A stretch of 64,000 bases of DNA, taken from assembly GCA_030141605.1 (NCBI GenBank), contig JAQGDQ010001035.1, forward strand, positions 4,535 through 68,534, read 5' to 3'. The notes beneath the pieces were generated by a model. It searched no databases and had not been told where the DNA came from. It saw only the letters and a program-made list of their open reading frames with translations. The first letter of the stretch is position 1. Each line of letters starts with the position of its first letter. Of the stretch, positions 27,701-37,452 are shown piece after piece. The translations under genes were made by a program, and so were the position numbers. This DNA is from Tubiluchus corallicola. Lineage: Eukaryota; Animalia; Priapulida.

Positions 27701-29736
27701 CTCTTATACACAAGGGTCTCTTATACATGGGAAAATACGGTACTTAATATTTTTCCAATGTTGAATACTAGATATAATTGCACATGTGTCAATGATAATG
27801 AATTGTCCATTAGTATGAATATCATACATTGACATGCATGCCGCAAAAACAACAAACTTGGTACTTGCTGTTGCTGTTGTCAGTGGCGCCGTCTAGTGCA
27901 CGTGAAGTTCCGTTAGCACTTGAAGTATGACAGCGACGATGTTTAGCGTTGTTCAGGATGGCACCATATTCTTCCATGACAGAATCTTCTATTCTGTAAA
28001 TACTGTCTTCTGCCTTTAGCATAGAAAGCCACCTGCCATACAAAATAACAGGTAAACGATGCGTAATGCACCAGATCAGTTTCATCCAGAATCAAGCTTT
28101 GATTGTGTTGCAAAAGCCCTGATTAATACAGTAACCTAATATAGATCATCCCTAGGCTTAGCATTGGAACATTACTAACCAACTGGTCTAGTGACTTGGC
28201 TTTTCTGTTTTACGCTCAGAAACTAGCTCAACAAAAATCGATGTATCTTGTCACGATAACCAACTCACAGTTTTTTGAAACACGGTCTTTGATGAAATGG
28301 TCTAAGAAGAAAGTCATCTTCATCGTTATCGTCATCATCATCATCATCATGGTCATCATCTTCTTCGTCTCATCATCCTCATCCATATCATTATCACCAT
28401 CATCATCATCGTTGTCATCTTCTTTGTCTCATCATCCTCATCCATATCATCACTATCATCATCGTCATCTTCTTCATCTCATCATCCTCATCCATATCAT
28501 CATCACCATTATCATCATCATCATCAACATCGTGGTCGTCATAATCATCGTCATCTTCTTCATCTCATTATCCTCATCAATATCATCATCATGATCAACA
28601 TCATCATCAACATCGTGGTCGTCATCATCATCATCATCATCTTCTTCATCTCATCATCCTCATCCATATCGTCATCATACTTATTAGAATTTTTCATTCT
28701 TTTTGTTACACATTCAATGCCATATTCCTCATTATCATGAAATTAAAACTTTCTGTGAGCACAGGACTCGCTTATTTTAAGGTTGTAAGTCTGGAGACAG
28801 AAGTTCAGATGATTGCAACTAAAGTTATAACATAACATAAACTCTCTGCTTTCAGACACCAGATCTATATAATGGCCCATCACCACGATCCAAATTGTAA
28901 GATCACTATTGGTCTTTCGTTTATTAAATGTAATGCATTCAATACGACTTTAATTCTCAGATTCAGTTTGAATTTAGGTTGCAATATTACCTTAAAAGTA
29001 GGAAAAGATATTTCAAAATCTTGCAGTATGGTGCAGGAGCTTATATTTGGAAATCTTGCAGTACGGTGCAGGAGCTTATATTTGGAAATCTTGTAGTATG
29101 GCACAGGAGCTTATATTTGAAAATGTTCTAGCATGGTGCAGGAGCTTATATTTGGAATATTGCAGTATGGTGCAGGAGCTTATATTTAGAAATCTTGCAG
29201 TGTGGTGCAGGAGCTTATATTTGCAAATCTTGCAGTATGGTGCAGGAGCTTATATTTGGAAATCTTGCAGTATGGTGCAGGAGCTTATATTTGGAAATTT
29301 TGCAGTATGTGCAGGAGCTTATATTTGGAAATCTTGCAGTATGATGCAGGAACTTATATATGGAAATCTTGCAGTCTTGAAATCTTATCAAATTTAGAAC
29401 GTTTAATGGTAGCTTTTAGTGACTTATATCGAGTAAAAAGTTCTGCATTAATGATTGTAGTGTAAAAACGTCCTTTAAGTAATAATTGAAGTTTTTGGCA
29501 AAGATATCGTTGTGCCTTTTCTAAAGCCTGTATCCGCCCCGTAAACTTAACACTTAGCTCCATACTTACCATTCATAAAGTATATTTTGTCTGAGACTAG
29601 ACCCAAAGGGTCCATAACGATAGCATCCGACCATGCAGGAATCAACACGAGTTTCAGCAAACTGGACATAACCGTGCCGCAAAAGCAAATTCATCAGCTT
29701 CGTCATCACTAACCGACTGCAGTTATCACCAATCAT
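18729..29736 (-). CDS. POLG2: DNA polymerase gamma accessory subunit (mitochondrial), ~404 aa, 9 coding exons
   Basis: Exons (-): 29736-29570, 28032-27869 (donor uncertain, GC), 25063-24937, 24174-24069, 23227-23054, 21399-21259, 20312-20134, 19386-19290, 18788-18729; 1215 nt, phases compatible. Motifs YGPFG..LRQNI..EWW, LPFGLAQ, R.LWWRK, FPWG.E.VE, DGRK, VL.LHP.LAP.K, YDEM...LRSRDTT match POLG2. Confidence 0.92.
19495..20042 (+). mobile_element. 5S rRNA-derived SINE, long subfamily, in POLG2 intron
   Basis: 5S-like head; 3' part encodes [21 protein letters not shown]; hairpin and (CAA)n tail. Confidence 0.9.
20361..20937 (+). repeat. Inverted duplicate of 62261-63638 with only a short (TAAG)n tract, inside a POLG2 intron
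   Basis: ORF 20365..20556+ is nearly identical to 63443..63634-; downstream sequence matches reverse complement of 62261-62610. Confidence 0.9.
22378..22812 (+). mobile_element. 5S rRNA-derived SINE, 5'-truncated, short subfamily
   Basis: Starts in the 3' half of the 5S head (AGAGCCTGGTTAGTGCTTGGATGGG); ends GCCAACAACAA. Confidence 0.88.
25870..26316. mobile_element. hAT-like MITE
   Basis: Ends CAGGGCTGGAACTAC / CTAGTTCCGCCCCTG; 8-bp near-TSD ATGAATGC / ATGAATGT. Confidence 0.75.
26498..26815 (+). repeat. Inserted copy of 23700-24040, flanked by 17-bp direct repeats
   Basis: GACAGATACAACTAGGT at 26481-26497 and 26816-26832. Confidence 0.8.
27266..27740 (+). mobile_element. pogo/Tc1-mariner-type deletion derivative (MITE)
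   Basis: TA|CCGTATTTTCCCGTGTATAAGAGACCC ... GGGTCTCTTATACATGGGAAAATACGG|TA; internal acidic transposase-tail-like remnant EDNAIFEQSDSSDDE...DEEFNDFYDE*. Confidence 0.85.
28312..28680. repeat. Degenerate (CAT)n microsatellite
   Basis: Directly visible. Confidence 0.9.
29014..29375. repeat. 35-bp minisatellite GGAAATCTTGCAGTATGGTGCAGGAGCTTATATTT, ~10 copies
   Basis: Unit starts at 29049 and 29084. Confidence 0.92.
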
Positions 29737-29840
29737 AATCGCACCTGCAAAGATAAAAGCAGATTCTGCTTCTTAATACGTCAAAGCAGCATATAAGCAT
29801 AGCACGAATATGAGTATGTCTGGCTAATATTTTTTCACTG

Positions 29841-30382
29841 CTACGGCCATATCACGTTGAAAACACCGGTTCTCGTCTGATCACCGAAGTTAAGCAATGT
29901 AGAGCCTGGTTAGCACTTGGATGGGTGACTGCCTAGGAATACCAGGTGCTGCAGGCTTGCGGAATGCCCACACTGTATCTTGACACTAGGCAGAGGAGCT
30001 GCACAAGCAGCCAACGGCTAGAGGACGGAGGAGGTCAAGTGACTCAACGGCCATGTGTAGAGGAGTAAACCTTCCAAATCAGGAGTGGAGCCCCGAAGAC
30101 GGACCAGTGCAGCATGCTCACTGACTCCGGCAGCTCCTGCAGCCAACCTGATGCCAAACGTATCGCTCCGTTTTCTTTGGACTACACTGGGGCAGAAGAG
30201 AGGGGGTTCCTGTTGTCTGAGCAACTCAGGATCTTCATACACCTTGCCTAGGCGTGCACCCTGGAGACGTTCAAGGATCACACTGCTTAGCCACAGTCGA
30301 CGCTGCAGCTCCATCAATGTGATCAATAACTGACTCTCTTGGCGCACACTCCATTGTCTTTCGAGACAGAAGGATGCCAACA
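29841..30382 (+). mobile_element. 5S rRNA-derived SINE, near full length, long subfamily
   Basis: CTACGGCCATATCACGTTGAAAACACCGGTTCTCGTCTGATCACCGAAGTTAAGC...GGAATACCAGGTGCTGCAGGCTT then body, no oligo-T terminator; hairpin tail. Confidence 0.92.
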
Positions 30383-30661
30383 TATCATTTTTTTGCCACA
30401 TTGACAGCTGCGACCCTACCCTGGGATCCTCACTTCAACTGTTTTGCAGTCCGCTGAATCGTGAGGTTTCGCTTATTCACTGATGCACTCATTGCACATG
30501 CAGAACACAGTAGTACAATTTTCTGATATCACCCAATATGCGGATGACACCACAATTTAAGTAAGTCACAGAAAATTAAATATAGCAAAACAATATTTAG
30601 AGCAAGACGTTGCCAATATTAACGCTGCTTTTAACCACTTCAATTTAGAAATGAACGAGAG

Positions 30662-31815
30662 TAAAACAGAATTTATGGTTTTATCTCCATTTACTAATGA
30701 TACTAACTACATAACTTTACAAGTGATAAAACAGAATTTATGGTTTTACCTCCATTTACTAATGATACTAACTACATAACTTTACAAGTGATAAAACAGA
30801 ATTTATGGTTTTATCTCCATTTACTAATGATACTAACTACATAACTTTACAAGTGATAAAACAGAATTTATGGTTTTATCTCCATTTACTAATGATACTA
30901 ACTGCATAACTTTACAAGTGATAAAACAGAATTTATGGTTTTATCTCCATTTACTAATGATACTAACTGCATAACTTTACAAGCGATAAAACAGTATTTA
31001 TGGTTTTATCTCCATTTACTAATGATACTAACTGCATAACTTTACAAGCGATAAAACAGAATTTATGGTTTTATCTCCATTTACTAATGATACTAACTAC
31101 ATAACTTTACAAGCGATAAAACAGAATTTATGGTTTTATTTCCATTTACTAATGATACTAACTACATAACTTTACAAGCGATAAAACAGAATTTATGGTT
31201 TTATCTCCATTTACTAATGATACTAACTGCATAACTTTACAAGTGATAAAACAGAATTTATGGTTTTATCTCCATTTACTAATGATACTAACTGCATAAC
31301 TTTACAAGCGATAAAACAGAATTTATGGTTTTATCTCCATTTACTAATGATACTAACTACATAACTTTACAAGTGATAAAACAGAATTTATGGTTTTATC
31401 TCCATTTACTAATGATACTAACTGCATAACTTTACAAGTGATAAAACAGAATTTATGGTTTTATCTCCATTTACTAATGATACTAACTGCATAACTTTAC
31501 AAGCGATAAAACAGAATTTATGGTTTTATCTCCATTTACTAATGATACTAACTGCATAACTTTACAAGCGATAAAACAGAATTTACGGTTTTATCTCCAT
31601 TTACTAATGATACTAACTACATAACTTTACAAGCGATAAAACAGAATTTATGGTTTTATTTCCATTTACTAATGATACTAACTACATAACTTTACAAGTG
31701 ATAAAACAGAATTTATGGTTTTATCTCCATTTACTAATGATACTAACTACATAACTTTACAAGTGATAAAACAGAATTTATGGATTTATCTCCATTTACT
31801 AATGATACTAACTAC
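30662..31815. repeat. 65-bp minisatellite, ~17-18 copies, derived from LINE RT sequence
   Basis: Unit starts at 30662 and 30727; unit encodes KTEFMVLSPFTNDTNYITLQ. Confidence 0.95.
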
Positions 31816-31924
31816 GTAGTTCCTCCTTATCTATATGGTTGCAAATTCTTTCATAATACAAAAAGGGAGCAATTTATTAAACTAAATATTTTGCAAAATT
31901 ATGTCCTCAAGTTAATATCTGGGT

Positions 31925-31985
31925 TATATATATATATATATATATATATGCAATATATATGTAAGATATTATATAATATCTGGGT

Positions 31986-32021
<36 letters not shown>

Positions 32022-32026
32022 ATATA

Positions 32027-32072
<46 letters not shown>
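31925..32072. repeat. (TA)n microsatellite
   Basis: Directly visible. Confidence 0.9.
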
Positions 32073-32075
<3 letters not shown>

Positions 32076-32747
32076 TAAATATATTCATTTAAATCAACAA
32101 GTAAATCAAGATTATCGATAACTGCATTAAAGCAATAACTGAAAATTATTAGAAACCCACTGCGACTATCAAACACTAATATTTTTATATAAATACATAA
32201 ATAAAATAAATATATCTTTCAGGAATAATGAATTTCAACATCTTCGAAATCCAACACTAAACTCTCGTACTGGTAATCCATTGCAAATTAGAACTAACAA
32301 CAAATACAGAAATAATTCTTTATCAAAACAAGCTATATCATTATGGAATATTTATCTGAAAGAAGTTAAAGATTCAACAACTTCATCTAGCTTTAAAACA
32401 AAATTAAAAAAATACGTTTGAATATCCTAGATTTGAATATCCTGCATACCAAAACAACAATATTTATATACAGAATGATTACGTTTTTCTCCCGCCCATA
32501 ATCTTGTAAAATCAAAATGTTTTAATGTAAATGTGATTATATGTTGTTCATATATAAAATGATTTATTTAGTATCAGTATGTCGCAAATGTCAGTTCACT
32601 GTGTTTCTAGTGATAGTTCTGCACCTGAAGCATTTGTCTTTTTACAGTGTTTTAATACGCTGATGAATGCCATATACAAATGTAATTTTTTTATTAAAAT
32701 TTATTGCGTTCAAAATTTTTATAAAACAAATAACGATTTTATATACA

Positions 32748-33217
32748 TAGTGATACCTCCATTGTCGAACGTCTCCGTTGTCATACAAATCGGTTTTCGA
32801 CCAGAAAATTCGAGCTGAAATTGTCTCCGCTTTCGACCAGAATTTCTGTACTCGACCAACCGCCAAACACGTGACAAACACATGAGCGGCGAGCAGAGCG
32901 TAACTGTCAGTACCGAGCCGAGAGTAGTCAGATGCAAGATTTGAATTGCCTAACATGTGCAGGAACAATTATGTTGTTCTTTCAAAGTAATTCTATTATG
33001 TTTTTCTTATGAATTATATCATATCTAATGTATGAATAAACATTTTTGCATTATTATATTTTGTTTTAGTAATACTTTACAGTTCATTTGGTGCTTGAGA
33101 ACAGATTATTTGCTTTTGCATTATTTCTCATCAGAATAAATGATTCGGTACTCAACCAAATCGGTATTCAAACACTTTTTAGGAACGAATTAAGCTCGAA
33201 AACAGAGGTACTACTGT
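32748..33217. mobile_element. Tigger/pogo-like MITE (degenerate)
   Basis: TAGTGATACCTCCATTGTCGA ... TCGAAAACAGAGGTACTACTG|TA imperfect TIRs. Confidence 0.55.
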
Positions 33218-35327
33218 ATAAATAAAATTATTGACAGATGGTGGTTGAACAGAAATGTCTCACTGTCTGTTTTTTCCAGTTCCACCACCTCTCCATCCTT
33301 ATCCATAGCACAGCTCAAGCATCTATGATCTATTTTGATGTCCTACGTGCACTACTTTGCACTTTTCAGTATTAAACTTTACGCTAGTTCAAACTTAAAC
33401 TTACTCCCTGAAATGGACCAAGTGCTGCTATTTTAGTTATACAGTTTAATACCAGAAGTATTTTAATGCCATTGAAGAATAAAATATAGATTGGATTCAT
33501 GAGAAACAAGTCTGCAAACACCAAGTCTTTCTACGGCATGATACTAGTACCCTTAGTTATAGATGCCTTCGTTTCTGCTCTATGTATGTGTATGTAATGT
33601 ATCAAATCGTTATAATCATTGTAGTTAAAGTGCAAGTGCCACAAAAAAGTTGTTTAAAATAAAGTAAAGTAAAGATTGACATAACCCAGTTTTGGGTTCC
33701 TTATTCAAATTCAATTCAATTCAAAACATGCACTTATTTCCATATTCATGATATAACTGAGGCAAGTAAATGTATTTACTTTTCACATAGGATGGCAAAA
33801 GACCAAGAAGGTCAACTAGTCAAGCCATCCTTCAATGGATGTATGTGATTAATGGGATGACACTGTAATTATTTCACTCATGAATAGTAGTGAAATTACA
33901 TTATTACTATTTTATTTAGCAACTTGATCTGTTTAAAATTCTCTAATCAACGTTAAATAACTGAAGGATGAAAAATGCAATCAAAGATATCTAAACAATC
34001 TTACACAATAAATACCAAAATTAAAGCCATAACAATAATCAAATTGATGAGTTATTTCTAAGGATCATTGGTGAATAATTAGTAATATTAACATAATTAT
34101 TATATAAGGTATACTTATATCGTTGGCACGTGAAGTACTTGTCAGCTAGCAATGCCGCGCACTCTTAGAAAGTAAGATTTCCGACAGACGCCGAACCAAA
34201 TTTTTTTGAAGATTGTTGCTATTGCTGTCGATGGTATTTCAAAACTTTTGATGTACGTATTTTGTTATAAGCAATAATAACTGATTGTTGATTAAGCGCA
34301 GCAAGAAGTTTGAAGAAATCTTCGCAAGAAAGCCGTTATTTGCACGTCTTTTTCACTGCGCCACACTGCAAGATAAATGAAACAGAAATAGGCTTCTCAG
34401 GGCCGTTACCCGGGAACCGAACACCCACGATAAGTGAGGGAACACTGTATATGCCATTCTTTCAGTTCGTATGTACATGAAACTTTGCCGTGCCACCTGC
34501 AAAGCGTCTTAATCGAATCCATATTTCTTTTTTATCTGCATGATTGTTTGATTTAACAGTCTTAGTGCTGAAGAAACTGGTGCTGGGTAAACTGACTCAT
34601 AATGCACTGCGCATTATTGAGTGATTATTGCCAACTCTGGAAAGTATTTACATTTCCAGATCACAAACCGGCATTTTAAATATTATGAATGAGTTTTGTC
34701 ACCCATCTGCTTGAATTTCTGCCTTCGTACAGACATCTCTTCGTACAGTACACACTTCATCGTACAATATGTCTTTTCCTCGTAGTACAATTAGCCAGTT
34801 CTGAATTAACTAGCTACCACTAAACAGTATTTTTGTCATACTGTCATAGTTAATCTATCTATTATATTGTATCTCCCTTGTATTTTTATGAAAACAAGTA
34901 AATTTCGCTATGCATGTTTATTATATGTTACAAAATAAATTGTATCTGTTACCTGTTGTAACAAAGTGGATGCAGGTTATAGCACCTGCATTATAACAAG
35001 AGGATGCCACTAGACGCCAAAAATTTGGGTTAATAATGTTCATTAATTTTTTGTCCGCCTAATTGACAAACTGAACTTTCAACTAGCTAATCCTTATTGT
35101 AGGTTGTTTGTGCAGCTAAACTACCTGGGCTGTTTTTTAATCTGCCAATGTGCCATTAAAACGTTTTTTTATATAAGTATTACTATCTGATATCTACTTG
35201 TAAAGAGGGTATTGGCTGAGAAATTTTGAAAAACTTCTAGTCTGATTTTGAGATTTTTTATTTTTAGGTGTATAGATCCAGGTGAAACTGCTACCAATTC
35301 ACTAAATCACTGGAGCATAAACTATTT

Positions 35328-35873
35328 ATGGAACCATCAGAGGTAGAGTTTTTAGCTGAAAAACAAACAATTTCTATTGTGCCCAACTTTTCACATGGAA
35401 AAATTTTCCTCATAAGCGGTGACGTTGGCCCCTTTACCGCTAGCATTCCTCTAGAGGTGCCATTATGGTTGGCAGTAAACTTAAAACAGCGACAAAAATG
35501 TCGCATTGTTGCGCCACCGTGGATGAACGTTGAACAACTAGAGGAGAAGAAGAGAGAGGAGACGGAGTCGAAATTTTTTACGCAGATGCACGATCCGCAT
35601 TACATGGAGATCACACAAATGTTGTTAAATTGTGCTGCTAACGACATTCCACATGCCGATGAAGTGAGAACTCTCGTCAAGGACATATGGGACCTCAGAA
35701 TAGCTAAATTACGTAGCAGTATTGACATATTTATAAAGAGCGATGAAACTCATGCTCGTCTAGATCATTTGACTGTAATGGAAATTAACACGGTGCGATC
35801 ATTTCTCACTCGGGCGCTGGATCACATTCAAGTGTTGCGGAGTCAGGCGCAAGCCATCGCTGATAATACATGA
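35328..35873 (+). CDS. GINS2: DNA replication complex GINS protein PSF2, 181 aa, intronless CDS
   Basis: MEPSEVEFLAE..ISIVPNF...GPF...EVPLWLAVNLKQRQKCRI..P.WM...RTLVKDIWDLRIAKLRSS...LDHLTVMEINTVR is typical Psf2; acceptor TTTTTAG ends 35267, AATAAA at ~35925. Confidence 0.97.
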   Translation: MEPSEVEFLAEKQTISIVPNFSHGKIFLISGDVGPFTASIPLEVPLWLAVNLKQRQKCRIVAPPWMNVEQLEEKKREETESKFFTQMHDPHYMEITQMLLNCAANDIPHADEVRTLVKDIWDLRIAKLRSSIDIFIKSDETHARLDHLTVMEINTVRSFLTRALDHIQVLRSQAQAIADNT

Positions 35874-35995
35874 ACTGATTTGTACACATCTGTATCGTGA
35901 TTATCATGTGAATAATTTGTTGTGAATAAAATCGTGGCTATTTTAGTGAAGACTTAGCTTTTTTTGCTTTTTCACTTACAGACTTGCAGTGTCTG

Positions 35996-36130
35996 AAATG
36001 TAATAGTTTTGTTTGTGCAGTGGTTGTAAATGTAATAGTTTTGTTTGTGCAGTGGTTGTAAATGTAATAGTTTTGTTTGTGCAGTGGTTGTAAATGTAAT
36101 AGTTTTGTTTGTGCAGTGGTTGTAAATGTA
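35996..36130. repeat. 32-bp tandem repeat, ~4 copies
   Basis: AAATGTAATAGTTTTGTTTGTGCAGTGGTTGT units. Confidence 0.9.
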
Positions 36131-36149
36131 TTTAAAGCTTTTTGTAATA

Positions 36150-36553
36150 CAGTCAACCCTCGTTAAACCGGACCCAGATATCGGATAAGATGGTAAAGGA
36201 AACTGACCGATTTCTGACCAAGCCGGAGCGCTAAACACAACACGGCCTACCAACTCACCACGAGAAATTGACGGGCTGAAGCGGCTCGCAGTGCCGCCCA
36301 GGCTGCTACGATTCCCACCAAAATTCAGTTTGCTTACCCCATCGAAAGCACTCGCTAATTTCTTTATCCTCACAGGTTAACTATTTTAAAGTAATATACA
36401 GTATAGTATATAGTGCAATGTATATAGGCCTTATTAAGGTGATTATTCCTGTATAATATAGACCATATATAGGCACATCGGATAAATCGGACAATCGGCT
36501 AAACCGGATCACCCCCCCCCCCCCAATTAGTCCGGTTTAACGAGGGTTGACTG
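36150..36553. mobile_element. Tigger/pogo-like MITE
   Basis: TA|CAGTCAACCCTCGTTAAACCGGAC ... GTCCGGTTTAACGAGGGTTGACTG|TA, perfect 24-bp TIRs. Confidence 0.9.
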
Positions 36554-37099
36554 TATTATGCACTCTGACTGCCGACACGTTGTGGTTGTATTGCTTTTTG
36601 TTATTACACACTGCAAACACTGGTATTACCTGGTCTTTCTTGCATTATTGTGACTTTTGTGGCATTGTGACTGCAAGCATATTTTTTATGGCTTTGAGTA
36701 GCGTACCATTACGTACCCTTTGAGTGGCGTACCAGTAATGTGAGTTGACACATGACTATCCAACTTAAATTACATTACATTCTCAATTGATTTGTCAGGT
36801 TTGAAGAGTTACACTTTTTCAGTTTTTTGAGTTTTAACATAAAATATTTTCATCACGTTTTCTGGATAATTTTGCATTTAATGTGACATACTGGTAATGT
36901 GTTTACACTGTCTGGTTTAAATTTTACAGGTAATTGATTTATTAATACCAGTAGTTTTTGCACAGTATATTCCTTTTAATTTTGTTAATGTCACTTAGTA
37001 TTAGCTTAAATAGCCCTCATTTCCGTTTCATGAAATAAATCTCTGTTAACAACCTCCTTTGTTGGGATCCTCGGTACACGTCCTTAATGAGTGATTGAA

Positions 37100-37330
37100 T
37101 GTTTACAACATTTGTCTACTGATCCAAAGGTTCTGGGTTCGAATTCCGCTCATTAAGAGCTTCTTGAAACTTTTACCATTCAAACAGAACTATTTCTGAG
37201 GCCTCGGTTGATTTCTTATTCGTGTACTCGGGGAAGAAAGGCAGTTGAGTGACGGGTTTGTCCTCGCATGGCGAGGCTTTACAAACATGCTGTAACCACT
37301 TTTTCTGTAATCTGCTGGGTATGGGACCTC
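37100..37330 (+). mobile_element. Degenerate tRNA-derived SINE remnant
   Basis: B-box GGTTCGAATTCC at ~37136; no full cloverleaf. Confidence 0.35.
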
Positions 37331-37452
37331 TTTTCTTCTTCCTCATCTATTGTAGAGGCTAGAGCTGTAGTTATGAAGTCTGTTCATTGAATTCGGCTGT
37401 GTTTTGAAACTCGCAGTCATTCGTGATTCAAACAAACTTTGCTTAATTTTAG

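Larger units (their letters stand above)
30520..32560 (+). mobile_element. Decayed CR1/L2-like LINE 3' fragment
   Basis: QYADDTTI*...LEMNESKTEFMV (from 30534), PYLYG...KLNILQN..LKLISG (~31820), SLWN...VKDSTTSSSFKTKLKKYV* (~32340-32420). Confidence 0.8.

Noticed and set aside
29841-29960. 5S rRNA genes (also at 185-294, 5825-5938, 13821, 19495, 56380-56497)
   Set aside because: Each runs into the same body with no oligo-T terminator, copies are dispersed and mutated, some have TSDs: SINE heads, not rRNA genes.
30662-31815. CRISPR-like arrays (also 29014, 44850, 46643)
   Set aside because: Contiguous tandem units without unique spacers, no cas genes, eukaryotic context.
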